From an uncultured Gammaproteobacteria bacterium (GTDB lineage: Bacteria > Patescibacteriota > Patescibacteriia > CAZSQN01), in assembly GCA_964609095.1 (NCBI GenBank), contig CAZSQN010000001.1, positions 11,901 to 75,900 on the forward strand: a stretch of DNA of 64,000 nt, in the 5' to 3' direction. The notes beneath the pieces were generated by a model. That model saw only the letters and a program-made list of their open reading frames with translations, was not told the origin of the DNA and did no database searches. The position numbers and the translations under genes are program-made. Below are positions 37,539 to 45,434 of this stretch, piece after piece; position 1 is the stretch's first letter; each line of letters opens with the position of its first letter.

Positions 37539-37928
37539 TCAAGCCGCGGCTTGAGTGAGCGCGCGGACAACAAATTGCGCGATGCCGTAAGCCAAGACGA
37601 TAATAATCAGACCAATGACCGAGTTTTTAATAATGTCTTTTGCTTTGGTCACCTGGTCTTCGTTTCCGGCGGCTGTCATCCAGAGAAAACCCCCGTAAAG
37701 GATAAGCACAAGCAGGATGGTGCCGATGATGCCCATGGCATAACTTATGATTGTTCCCACTAGCGTGGCCAGAGAAGTTTGGCCGCCGGCGCCCGGGAGC
37801 CGCGCGCTTCTGGCGGTTTCTTCAAGCCCGAATCCTCCCTCGGCCCCGTTTTGAGCCAACGTCAGAGAAGGCGCAATCAGGCCGGCTAATGATATTGAAA
37901 GCTTGAATATCTTTTTTAATTGTTTCAT
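37539..37928 (-). CDS. VirB2/TrbC-like pilin-type small membrane protein, paralog 1
   Basis: signal peptide, then hydrophobic hairpin with conserved YGGFLWMTAAGNEDQVTKAKDII ... GLIIIVLAYGIAQFV. Confidence 0.65.
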   Translation of the reverse strand: MKQLKKIFKLSISLAGLIAPSLTLAQNGAEGGFGLEETARSARLPGAGGQTSLATLVGTIISYAMGIIGTILLVLILYGGFLWMTAAGNEDQVTKAKDIIKNSVIGLIIIVLAYGIAQFVVRALTQAAA

Positions 37929-38058
37929 AAGAATTATTCACTTTCGTGAAGCGGGTTCTATGATCTCATTTGGCGGAATCATAGGCCCCGCTCCACAAGA
38001 ATGCAGATAAAGGGCCCCTCTATAAGAGAACGGCGACGACGCGTCGTGTCGTCCTTCT

Positions 38059-38421
38059 CTACACTGCCGCGGCAGTAAGCGACCGCACGACAAAGCTGGC
38101 AATCGCGTAAGAGGTGACAACGATAATTAAGCCGATAACTCCGGCTGTGATAATCTTTTTGGCTTCCCCAACCTTTTCCTCGTTTCCTCCGGCTGTCATC
38201 CAGGTAAAGCCGCCCCAGAGAATAATCAATACGGCGACAATGCCCAAAAATCCCATAGCCACATTGATGATTCTGGTGATGACCACGCGCACATCAGCGG
38301 TTGGAAGCGCGATTTCTCTCTGCACTTCTTCCAGACCAAGATTCAATTCGGCCGCTTTGGAGACGAGCGGCATCAAAGCCGCGCCAATTCCAGCGCCGAT
38401 TTTAACAAGCATTTTTTTCAT
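38059..38421 (-). CDS. VirB2/TrbC-like pilin-type small membrane protein, paralog 2
   Basis: WGGFTWMTAGGNEEKVGEAKKII ... GLIIVVTSYAIASFV. Confidence 0.65.
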   Translation of the reverse strand: MKKMLVKIGAGIGAALMPLVSKAAELNLGLEEVQREIALPTADVRVVITRIINVAMGFLGIVAVLIILWGGFTWMTAGGNEEKVGEAKKIITAGVIGLIIVVTSYAIASFVVRSLTAAAV

Positions 38422-38441
38422 TTATATCACCTGCCTTTCTT

Positions 38442-38512
38442 GTTAGGGTTTAGCGTTTAGGGTTTAGGGTTTAGTTTTTCACTAAACGCTATACGCTATA
38501 CGCTGAACGCTT
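38442..38512. repeat. heptamer-repeat hairpin family copy 3: (GGGTTTA/GCGTTTA)x4 - loop - (TAAACGC/TATACGC)x4
   Basis: gttagggtttagcgtttagggtttagggtttagtttttcactaaacgctatacgctatacgctgaacgc read directly; between pilin paralogs 2 and 3. Confidence 0.6.
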
Positions 38513-38851
38513 TTACCCGGCCGAGCGGGTTAATGCTCCTATGACAAAGTTAAGTATAGCATAAGCGGCAAAGATTGTGGCTATGCCTAATGTTGCCCAG
38601 ACCAGAGTATCCTTGCCTTTTTTTACTTTTTCGTCATTGCCGCCGGAGGTAAGCCAGAGAAAGCCGCCGTAGATAAACATAAGCAAGGCAATTGAGCCGA
38701 CAATCCCCAGCGCGGCGCGGATAATGTTGGCAATAATAATTCTTATATCCGAAGTGCCTAAAGGGTTGGGCAATTCGCCGGCAAAGGCGGGAAGGGCTAC
38801 TAAGAGATAAGAGATAAAAACTATAAGAGATAAAATTTTTTTTAATTTCAT
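38513..38851 (-). CDS. VirB2/TrbC-like pilin-type small membrane protein, paralog 3
   Basis: YGGFLWLTSGGNDEKVKKGKDTL ... ATIFAAYAILNFV. Confidence 0.65.
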   Translation of the reverse strand: MKLKKILSLIVFISYLLVALPAFAGELPNPLGTSDIRIIIANIIRAALGIVGSIALLMFIYGGFLWLTSGGNDEKVKKGKDTLVWATLGIATIFAAYAILNFVIGALTRSAG

Positions 38852-38876
38852 AAATGTTTTCGTTTAGTGTCTCCAC

Positions 38877-40241
38877 TTATCCTCCCTCCGAAGTTGTTTT
38901 ACAGCAGATGTTAAGTCGTCCGCCCGGGCAATAACCCTGCAAACACTCCCCGCTGTCTATTTTTGACTGAAATTCCGCCTCATTAATCTCGGTGCATTCA
39001 AAGGAGGTTGTTTCCGTGCTTAGATCCTGACATCGGCTGCCCGCTATTTCTCTTGTGATAAGCGTTTGTTGGGCAAAGTTTATGATTGTCGCGGCTCCGA
39101 ATATTATGATAAGTCCGATAACCGCTCCGGTCAATATCTTTCTTCCTTCGTCAACCTGCTCCGCCACGCCGGCGGCTGTAAGCCACTTAAATCCGCCGTA
39201 GATAAACATAAACAGAGCCAGCGAGCCGGAAATGGCCAATATCAGCCGGACAATGTTAATGCCTACCTGTATAAGCTGTGGCAGGCCGCATTTACTAGTT
39301 TCGGTGGCGCCGCGGGTGCAGGCCTCCGGGATAAGACGGGGTAAAAAACTTCTGCCGCCTCCGGCTTCTTCGCTTCCGCCGGCTTGCTCCGGAGGAAGCG
39401 CGGCCCCGCCGCAAATATCAGGGTCGCTGGACACGCTTACAAAATTTCCATCGCCGCATTTGGTCGGGCACGCTTGGTTGCCGTCTTCATCCGGCAGCAG
39501 CGGCTGGGCAATTCCGTCGCGGCATAGGCAGCAGTTGGCGCCGCGGCGCCCGGCCTCTTCTTCCGCGCATTTTTTCGGCCGGCCGGAGCAAACGCCGGAG
39601 AAACATTCCGTATTTTCATTGCAGTTTTCTCCCCCGCTTTTTTTGTTCTCGCAGTTTCCCTGCGGCGCGCAGTATTGGCCAATAAGGCAATCTCTTTCCG
39701 CGGTACATCGGCAGATGCCGCCATCACATCTGCCGGAAGCGCACGTGTCTTCCGGTCTGCAGGCCTCGCCGACTCTTTTAGGCGGCGCGCCGGTCTCGCA
39801 AGCCCCGCCGGAACAACGGAAACCATCCGGGCAATCGCTGTTTAAGACGCATCTTCTGGCGCAGGTGCCTTCTACGCAGCTCCCGCTTTGGCATTGGAGA
39901 TTGCCTTGAGGGCAGGCGCCGCCGTCGCTTACTTTATTAACGCAAACATCATTGCTGCAATATTGGGACGGGTTGCCGCAATGGCTATCGTCTCCGCAAT
40001 CCTCGGCGCAGCTCCCATTATCGCAGGCGCCGCCAAGGCATTCCTGCCTGTTAAAGCAGCTTGAACCATCGGCTTTTTGATTAACGCAGCGGCCGCTGCC
40101 GCAGTATTGAAATGCTTGGCAATCAGTAATTGAGCCGCAATCCTGCGCCAAAGTTTTTTGAGGCAAAAATAAAATAACTCCAATAAAAATGGCAATAAAT
40201 ATGGTAAGCTTATGGCTTATAGCTTGCAGCTTATAGCTCAT
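38877..40241 (-). CDS. large pilin-like protein with an N-terminal cysteine-rich repeat domain, an embedded VirB2/TrbC-like hydrophobic domain and a Cys-rich C-terminal tail
   Basis: signal peptide; four ~45-aa repeats of 8 Cys each (DCxxxxDCxxxQYCxxGRCVNxxxDGxxCxxxxxCxSGxC); then YGGFKWLTAAGVAEQVDEGRKIL ... GLIIIFGAATIINFA as in paralogs 1-3; 454 aa. Confidence 0.65.
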   Translation of the reverse strand: MSYKLQAISHKLTIFIAIFIGVILFLPQKTLAQDCGSITDCQAFQYCGSGRCVNQKADGSSCFNRQECLGGACDNGSCAEDCGDDSHCGNPSQYCSNDVCVNKVSDGGACPQGNLQCQSGSCVEGTCARRCVLNSDCPDGFRCSGGACETGAPPKRVGEACRPEDTCASGRCDGGICRCTAERDCLIGQYCAPQGNCENKKSGGENCNENTECFSGVCSGRPKKCAEEEAGRRGANCCLCRDGIAQPLLPDEDGNQACPTKCGDGNFVSVSSDPDICGGAALPPEQAGGSEEAGGGRSFLPRLIPEACTRGATETSKCGLPQLIQVGINIVRLILAISGSLALFMFIYGGFKWLTAAGVAEQVDEGRKILTGAVIGLIIIFGAATIINFAQQTLITREIAGSRCQDLSTETTSFECTEINEAEFQSKIDSGECLQGYCPGGRLNICCKTTSEGG

Positions 40242-40243
40242 AA

Positions 40244-41659
40244 TTATCTTATTGTCTGATTTACTTTTTCCGCCGTAAAGCGCAGCGCCTCCCGCGCCGG
40301 CAGGGCGCCGGAGATAGTTGATTCAATCATATCAATAAACGCTTTTTCCGCCGACCCCGCGTCTTTGCCTCGGTACCAGCTCTGGGCCGTAAGGGTTTGA
40401 TTGGCAAAAGGCGCCAAGTCCTCGTCTTCCAATTGCCCGCTGATAAGCGCTCTTAATGCGGTTGGCCGGCGGGCCTTGTCCAGATATTTTTTAACCTGTT
40501 CGGCGCCGGCTAAAAATTGCACAAAGTCCCAGGCCTCGTTTGGGTTTTTGGTTTTGCGCGACACCGACTCAATCCAATAGTTGGCGAAATTTATTTCCGG
40601 GTTGCCTTCTATCTGCGGGGCCGGAGCAATGCCCAAATTCAGCTTTGGCGCGCGGGCGCGGATTAGCGGAAGATGATAAGAGTAGCCGAGGAACATCGCG
40701 GATTTGCCGGCGACAAATGCTTCAAATGAAGACGGCATCAGGCCGTTCCAGGTATAAACATCTTTGCCCGGATTGGCAAAATCGGTATAGAAAATGAGCG
40801 CTCCCTCGCCCGGAAGGTCCGGGCGACCAGCCAGCTCGCGGGGCAGCGTATGAAAAGCGGCAAATCCGCTCTCGTCCGTCATTTTGGCTCCGTTTTGCAT
40901 CATTAAGAGCGAGAGAATGTCAAAAGCCCGCTCCACATTTCTGCCCGAACCAATGGCGGCTCCGGCTTGGAGAATGGCGCCGCGGTTATCAAGCCGGGTG
41001 AGCCGCTTTACCGCCTGCTGGAATTCGCTCCAGGTTTGCGGCGGTTGGGGTATTTTGGCCGCGTTTAGAAGGTCGCGGTTATAATAGAGCACCAAAGAAT
41101 CAACAAAAAGAGGCAAGCCGTAGACGCGGTCGGTGACTTCTTCAGGTTTTTTTTCGTCCGGGGTCGGGATAACCGCATCGGCGTAAACCGTGTCTACAAA
41201 GTCGTTGCGCAGCTGGCGCAAAGTGAGCGACGGTTTGGTGCGCAATACCGTCACTTCTTCTTTTTTTATAGCGCCTTGTATCTCGCGGGTGGCGACGGTT
41301 GTTTGCGGCGGCAGAGGAAGCAATTTTGATTGATAGCCGCGCATCCATGTGTTGTGAACGGAAAATATGTCCGGTCCGCGGTCTTCCGCCAAAGCGTTTA
41401 AGAGCTCGCGCTCATATTCTTCCGGCCGCAGTTTTCTGTATTCAACCTGCACGTGAGGATGAAGCGCGCGGTAAGCGGCTATGACATCGTCAAAACTGTC
41501 GGAATCGTCAAAGACGCGCCAATATTTTAACGTAAGCGGTTTGGAAGCTCGCTGGGCCTCTTGCGGCGCGATGCGGCAGGCGCCTCCGAAAAAAATTAAA
41601 AAAGCCAGCAATCCGGTTAAGGCCACTCGCGGTTTTTTAGAAAGTTTTCCTCCGAACAT
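40244..41659 (-). CDS. ABC transporter extracellular solute-binding lipoprotein (family 1, sugar-type)
   Basis: signal peptide with lipobox FGGAC; MalE-like fold by length and composition; start at MFGGKLSK. Confidence 0.8.
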   Translation of the reverse strand: MFGGKLSKKPRVALTGLLAFLIFFGGACRIAPQEAQRASKPLTLKYWRVFDDSDSFDDVIAAYRALHPHVQVEYRKLRPEEYERELLNALAEDRGPDIFSVHNTWMRGYQSKLLPLPPQTTVATREIQGAIKKEEVTVLRTKPSLTLRQLRNDFVDTVYADAVIPTPDEKKPEEVTDRVYGLPLFVDSLVLYYNRDLLNAAKIPQPPQTWSEFQQAVKRLTRLDNRGAILQAGAAIGSGRNVERAFDILSLLMMQNGAKMTDESGFAAFHTLPRELAGRPDLPGEGALIFYTDFANPGKDVYTWNGLMPSSFEAFVAGKSAMFLGYSYHLPLIRARAPKLNLGIAPAPQIEGNPEINFANYWIESVSRKTKNPNEAWDFVQFLAGAEQVKKYLDKARRPTALRALISGQLEDEDLAPFANQTLTAQSWYRGKDAGSAEKAFIDMIESTISGALPAREALRFTAEKVNQTIR

Positions 41660-41660
41660 A

Positions 41661-41756
41661 CCCCGCACATAATTAATAATTAAATAAATTGTAATTTTAA
41701 CCATTGTTCTCCTATTTCCCCGCAACATATATTAACCATATAAGTTATGTGCGGGG
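41661..41756. mobile_element. MITE/REP-like element copy E (96 bp) between SBP start and galU stop
   Basis: termini CCCCGCACATAATT / AAGTTATGTGCGGGG; interior contains a second ccccgcaacat half-site. Confidence 0.55.
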
Positions 41757-42680
41757 CATATTTTTAAGGTATTCCCCAAATTGTTCTCCCACATCAGGAT
41801 GTTTGATGCCTAATTCCACTTGCGCGATTAAAAATCCAAGCTTGGTGCCGCAATCATAGCGCTTGCCTTCGTGAAGTTTGGCATAGATGGGCCGCCCACC
41901 TTTAAGATATGTTTCAAAAGCGTTGGCCAGGCGAATCTCGCCGTCGCGTCCCGGCTTTTGCGCCAAAAGAACCTTCATCATCTCCGGCGTGATAATGGCC
42001 CGGCCGACGAAAATAAGATTGGACGGAGCTTCTTTTGGAGACGGTTTTTCCACAAAATCGCTTATTTCCCAAAGATTGGAAGCTATTTTTTTGCCGTCAA
42101 TTACTCCATAGTGACTTACTTCTTTTTTAGGCACTTCGGAAACGGTAATGACGGGGTCGTTATAACGATGATAGGTTTCCATTAGTTCTTTTAAGGCCGG
42201 TTTTTTACTGGTGATAATGTCGTCGCCAAACATTACGGCTACCGGTTCGTGCTCGTCTACAAAAGGCAGAGCGGAGAGTACCGCGTGGCCGTCGCCCAAG
42301 GGCGCGCCTTGCCGCACAAAGGAAAAATTGGCCAGCTTGCTTATTTTGGCCACTTCTTCCAGCTCTTTTTTCTTTTTCTTTTCGCGCAGCCGGTATTCCA
42401 GTTCAAAATTTCTGTCAAAATGGTCCTCAATGGCGCGTTTGCCCATGGAAGTGACGAAGATGATTTCTTCTATGCCCGAGGCAACAGCTTCTTCCACTAT
42501 ATATTGAATAACCGGCTTGTCCACGACCGGCAGCATTTCTTTGGGCTGGGCTTTGGTCGCCGGCAGGAATCTGGTGCCCAGTCCGGCAACGGGAATAATG
42601 GCTTTTTTTACCCCGTTAGAGACCGCGAGAGCTCGCAGCGCGCTTATGTCCCTAACTGGGTTCACTGATTTTTGCGTCAT
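41745..42680 (-). CDS. galU: UTP-glucose-1-phosphate uridylyltransferase
   Basis: KKAIIPVAGLGTRFLPATKAQPKEMLPVVDKP signature; start at MTQKSVNP. Confidence 0.85.
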   Translation of the reverse strand: MTQKSVNPVRDISALRALAVSNGVKKAIIPVAGLGTRFLPATKAQPKEMLPVVDKPVIQYIVEEAVASGIEEIIFVTSMGKRAIEDHFDRNFELEYRLREKKKKKELEEVAKISKLANFSFVRQGAPLGDGHAVLSALPFVDEHEPVAVMFGDDIITSKKPALKELMETYHRYNDPVITVSEVPKKEVSHYGVIDGKKIASNLWEISDFVEKPSPKEAPSNLIFVGRAIITPEMMKVLLAQKPGRDGEIRLANAFETYLKGGRPIYAKLHEGKRYDCGTKLGFLIAQVELGIKHPDVGEQFGEYLKNMPRT

Positions 42681-43173
42681 AGAATTGATTCTTCCTAACT
42701 TTATCATTATATCCTGTTAGAAGTTTAAGTTCAATTTTTTGTGTTATGGGTGCGTCGGTTAAGTCGGCTTCGGAACTGCCCGCAGGCAAAGGTAAGTCAA
42801 AAAAATAATAGAGGCCTTCGGGCCTCTTTTTATATATAAAGAAAAAGATCAGCCGAGGCTGATCTGTGGGAAAGAGCGGGTGGTGATAAAGGAGCTAAAG
42901 AGCGAGGGTAGTTGGTGAGTGAAAGTTCACTCGGATTTTTTTGAGTTGGCCCTCGTAAGAGCTATCTTTATGATAGCATAGTAAAAAACCAGGTCAAACG
43001 CCTATCTGTGGATAAGTTTTAAGTCGGATTCCGAGACAAAAGAGGGGAAGAAATAACAATTTCTCATTCTATCATTTCCGCCAATTCGGCGGACAAGCGC
43101 GCGAATGAGAGAATGTTAAAATTGGAGGAAATAAAAAAGCCGGCAGCGCGTTAAGCGTAGCCGGTTATTGATG

Positions 43174-43455
43174 CTACTGGAGCTTTTCCAGGGAGTCCAC
43201 AAATCCGATTTTGACCGACACGCCGTCGGCATTCTTTTGGTATCTGTAGAATCCTTGCCTGCCGGAAAGCCGCAGTCCGCAATGGACAGCGACAAGCGCG
43301 GCAAGGCAGAGCATGGCCTTGGTCCCGCCCAGAAGAAAGGTGGGAAAGACGATGAAAAGTCCGAAGACGAAAATGCCAGAAAGGGCGAGAGCCAGCGCTT
43401 TGAGCACCGGATGCTTGATCTTCAAGCCGAAGAAATTCATATCCAGTTTGGCCAT
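43174..43455 (-). CDS. small hypothetical membrane protein
   Basis: 93 aa from MAKLDMNFF; two hydrophobic helices. Confidence 0.4.
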   Translation of the reverse strand: MAKLDMNFFGLKIKHPVLKALALALSGIFVFGLFIVFPTFLLGGTKAMLCLAALVAVHCGLRLSGRQGFYRYQKNADGVSVKIGFVDSLEKLQ

Positions 43456-43689
43456 TGTGGGCCTCCTTTGGAAGGAACTTCGTATTGCTTCGGCCTCATT
43501 GCCAAAGCGATACCAGATTATCATTTTGGGGCTCAAAAGTCAAGGGCCGTGTCTTTCAATTATAATAATTCCTTATTCTACCATTCCCAGAAGTAAGTAA
43601 ATTATCACCAGTGCGGAAGCGGGAGGATTCCCAGCCAAAGGCTGGTGGCGCCTCGGGCGCAGAACATACGCGTGGCGGTGGGGGTGAGA

Positions 43690-43785
43690 TTCGAACTCAC
43701 GATACCTTTTGGGTATATCGGTTTTTCCGCGACATCTCCGCTTCGCGGAGTGCGCGGACCCGCTCACCTCGCTTTGCGAGGATGA
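43690..43785 (-). tRNA. tRNA-like sequence: intact type-II variable arm, T-arm and acceptor 3-prime strand (CCCCACC-G-CCA, Tyr-like) but aberrant 5-prime half; possible pseudogene or non-canonical tRNA
   Basis: minus-strand RNA GGTGAGCGGG-[33-nt hairpin TCCGCG..CTCCGCGAAGCGGAG..CGCGGA]-AAAACCGATATACCCAAAAGGTATCGTGAGTTCGAATCTCACCCCCACCGCCA; no GGTGGGG 5-prime acceptor strand and no standard anticodon arm found by hand. Confidence 0.35.
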
Positions 43786-43828
43786 AGCGGGCGAGACCTA
43801 CCTAACTTCCTTGGCGGAGAGGGTGAGA

Positions 43829-43918
43829 TTTGAACTCACGATACCCTTGCGGGTATACCGGTTTTCGAGACCGGCTCTTTCAGCCGCTCAGACACCTCTC
43901 CGCCAAGTTTGTTAGGTT
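43829..43918 (-). tRNA. tRNA-Ser (anticodon CGA), type II with long variable arm, CCA encoded
   Basis: revcomp GGAGAGGTGTCTGAGCGGCTGAAAGAGCCGGTCTCGAAAACCGGTATACCCGCAAGGGTATCGTGAGTTCAAATCTCACCCTCTCCGCCA folds as a canonical cloverleaf. Confidence 0.85.
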
Positions 43919-43934
43919 AAATCCAATTTTTTCT

Positions 43935-44156
43935 TCAGTTGTCGTCTTCCTTGGCTGGATTTGTAAAATAATTCCGTTTTTCTCGCCAATGTTTTGTTTC
44001 TGTGCGCCTCGTAATAAATAAGTACCAAGGCTTATGTGCTTTTGTTGATGTTACCTCGCCGGCATTATGGGCGGTAAATCTAGCCTTTAAATCATCCGTT
44101 ATACCTATATATAAATTCTTTTTGACAATGCTCTGTAATATATAAGTGTAATGCAT
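43935..44156 (-). CDS. GIY-YIG nuclease-domain protein (YhbQ/UPF0213-like)
   Basis: YTYILQSIVKKNLYIGITDDLKARFTAHNAG matches GIY-YIG core; 73 aa from MHYTYIL. Confidence 0.75.
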   Translation of the reverse strand: MHYTYILQSIVKKNLYIGITDDLKARFTAHNAGEVTSTKAHKPWYLFITRRTETKHWREKRNYFTNPAKEDDN

Positions 44157-44198
44157 ACTCTCGTATTTCCGCACCGGAGACAATTACACCAAAGAGTA

Positions 44199-45434
44199 CT
44201 ACTTTTTTGCCTCTCGGTCAATGTTTTGCGCGATTGCCGGAATCGCGAGCATCAGCCAAAACAGCATTGAGAGGTCATTTTTAAAATAGGGGACATCAAC
44301 AAGACCGTGGATGAGCATCACCGCCATTGCTCCGCCCGAGGCCAGAGCGAACGTCCGCAAGCGCTCGTCTTTTGCCATCTTTTTAATCCGTACGAAGAAA
44401 ACGGAGACAAGGGCGCCAAAAGCAAAAAGCCCCAAGAGCCCCAGCTCGCTCCAAAAGTTTAAGAAAATATTATGCGGATAGAGAAAGGTTTCAATTGCCG
44501 TTGCCTTGTGATATGGAAGCATTGTTTTTTGATATCCGGCCAATCCCGCGCCAAAGACCGGCCGGTCTTTTAGCATTTTCCAAGTTTCATTCCAGGTAAT
44601 TTTTCTTACAATTCCGGACCAATCGCGGAGAAGAAGTTTGTCAGTGACCGGTTTTAAGACCGGCGGCTGGGACACCAAAACAAACGCAATCGTAAAAGCG
44701 ATAATAAAGGCCGCTATTTTTTTTGTCTTGTTTTTTTGCGCTCTGATAATTAAAGATGCCATCACAACTGTGATGGCCACCAGTCCGGATTCTGTTTTGG
44801 CCAAAATTATTGCCGTAAGCATTAAAGGGAGAGAGAGAATAACAATTTTTTTCCAAACCTCGCCCATATATTGCTTCATATATATAAAGAAGATTATAAG
44901 CGGGGCGAGAAAGAGTCCCACGGCATTGGGGTAAGGGTATGGCCCGGTTACGCGGCGCTCCAGGAGCCACGGCTGCGGAATACCGGCGCCGGTAAACTTC
45001 TGCGCAATCGCCCAGAGGGAAATAACCAGCGCCGAAACGAGCAGAGCGCGAAGCATCAAGCGCAAATATTTTTTGTTTTTAAGGTTTTGCGAGACGAGAA
45101 AAAAGAAAATTATCGGTTCCACAAAATACGCTTTCCAAATTCCCAGAGCGGAGACCTTGTCAGGAGAAACGATAACCCCGATAGTAGAGGCAAATAAAAA
45201 TAAAACAATAGGAATTTGGAATTTGGAATTTGGAATTTGGAATTTTCTTTTTGCAACGGCAATGGTAAGAAGAGCGATGGACAGAAGTTCAAGAAGCGTG
45301 GTAGGAAGCGGGCCGAGGGAAGTTCGGATCAAGTATAAAGGAAGAAGTGCCGGGAATATGGAAAGAGCCGAGGAGAAGTTTTTCCAAGCAATGACTCCGT
45401 AAGCAGCGGCGATGGCGATTAAAATTATGGTCAT
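44199..45434 (-). CDS. O-antigen ligase / Wzy-like polytopic membrane protein
   Basis: about 10 TM helices with a large periplasmic loop; operon-coupled (4-nt overlap) with the flippase gene; contains the in-frame repeat KFQIPNSKFQIP. Confidence 0.55.
   Translation of the reverse strand: MTIILIAIAAAYGVIAWKNFSSALSIFPALLPLYLIRTSLGPLPTTLLELLSIALLTIAVAKRKFQIPNSKFQIPIVLFLFASTIGVIVSPDKVSALGIWKAYFVEPIIFFFLVSQNLKNKKYLRLMLRALLVSALVISLWAIAQKFTGAGIPQPWLLERRVTGPYPYPNAVGLFLAPLIIFFIYMKQYMGEVWKKIVILSLPLMLTAIILAKTESGLVAITVVMASLIIRAQKNKTKKIAAFIIAFTIAFVLVSQPPVLKPVTDKLLLRDWSGIVRKITWNETWKMLKDRPVFGAGLAGYQKTMLPYHKATAIETFLYPHNIFLNFWSELGLLGLFAFGALVSVFFVRIKKMAKDERLRTFALASGGAMAVMLIHGLVDVPYFKNDLSMLFWLMLAIPAIAQNIDREAKK
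45212..45246. repeat. heptanucleotide tandem repeat (GAATTTG)x4 + GAATTTT inside the O-antigen-ligase-like CDS
   Basis: ggaatttggaatttggaatttggaatttggaatttt read directly; unit length 7 is not a multiple of 3. Confidence 0.8.

Noticed and set aside
33923-40241. Prophage or conjugative element interpretation of the GC-rich block plus pilin array
   Set aside because: There is no integrase, terminase, capsid, portal, relaxase or VirB4/VirD4 ATPase in the window. Only the surface-protein theme and GC shift are observed.
43690-43785. Calling the aberrant tRNA-like as tRNA-Tyr or tRNA-Sec
   Set aside because: The acceptor 3-prime strand resembles tRNA-Tyr but no GTA (or TCA) anticodon loop and no matching 5-prime acceptor strand are present, so an isotype call is not supportable by hand.
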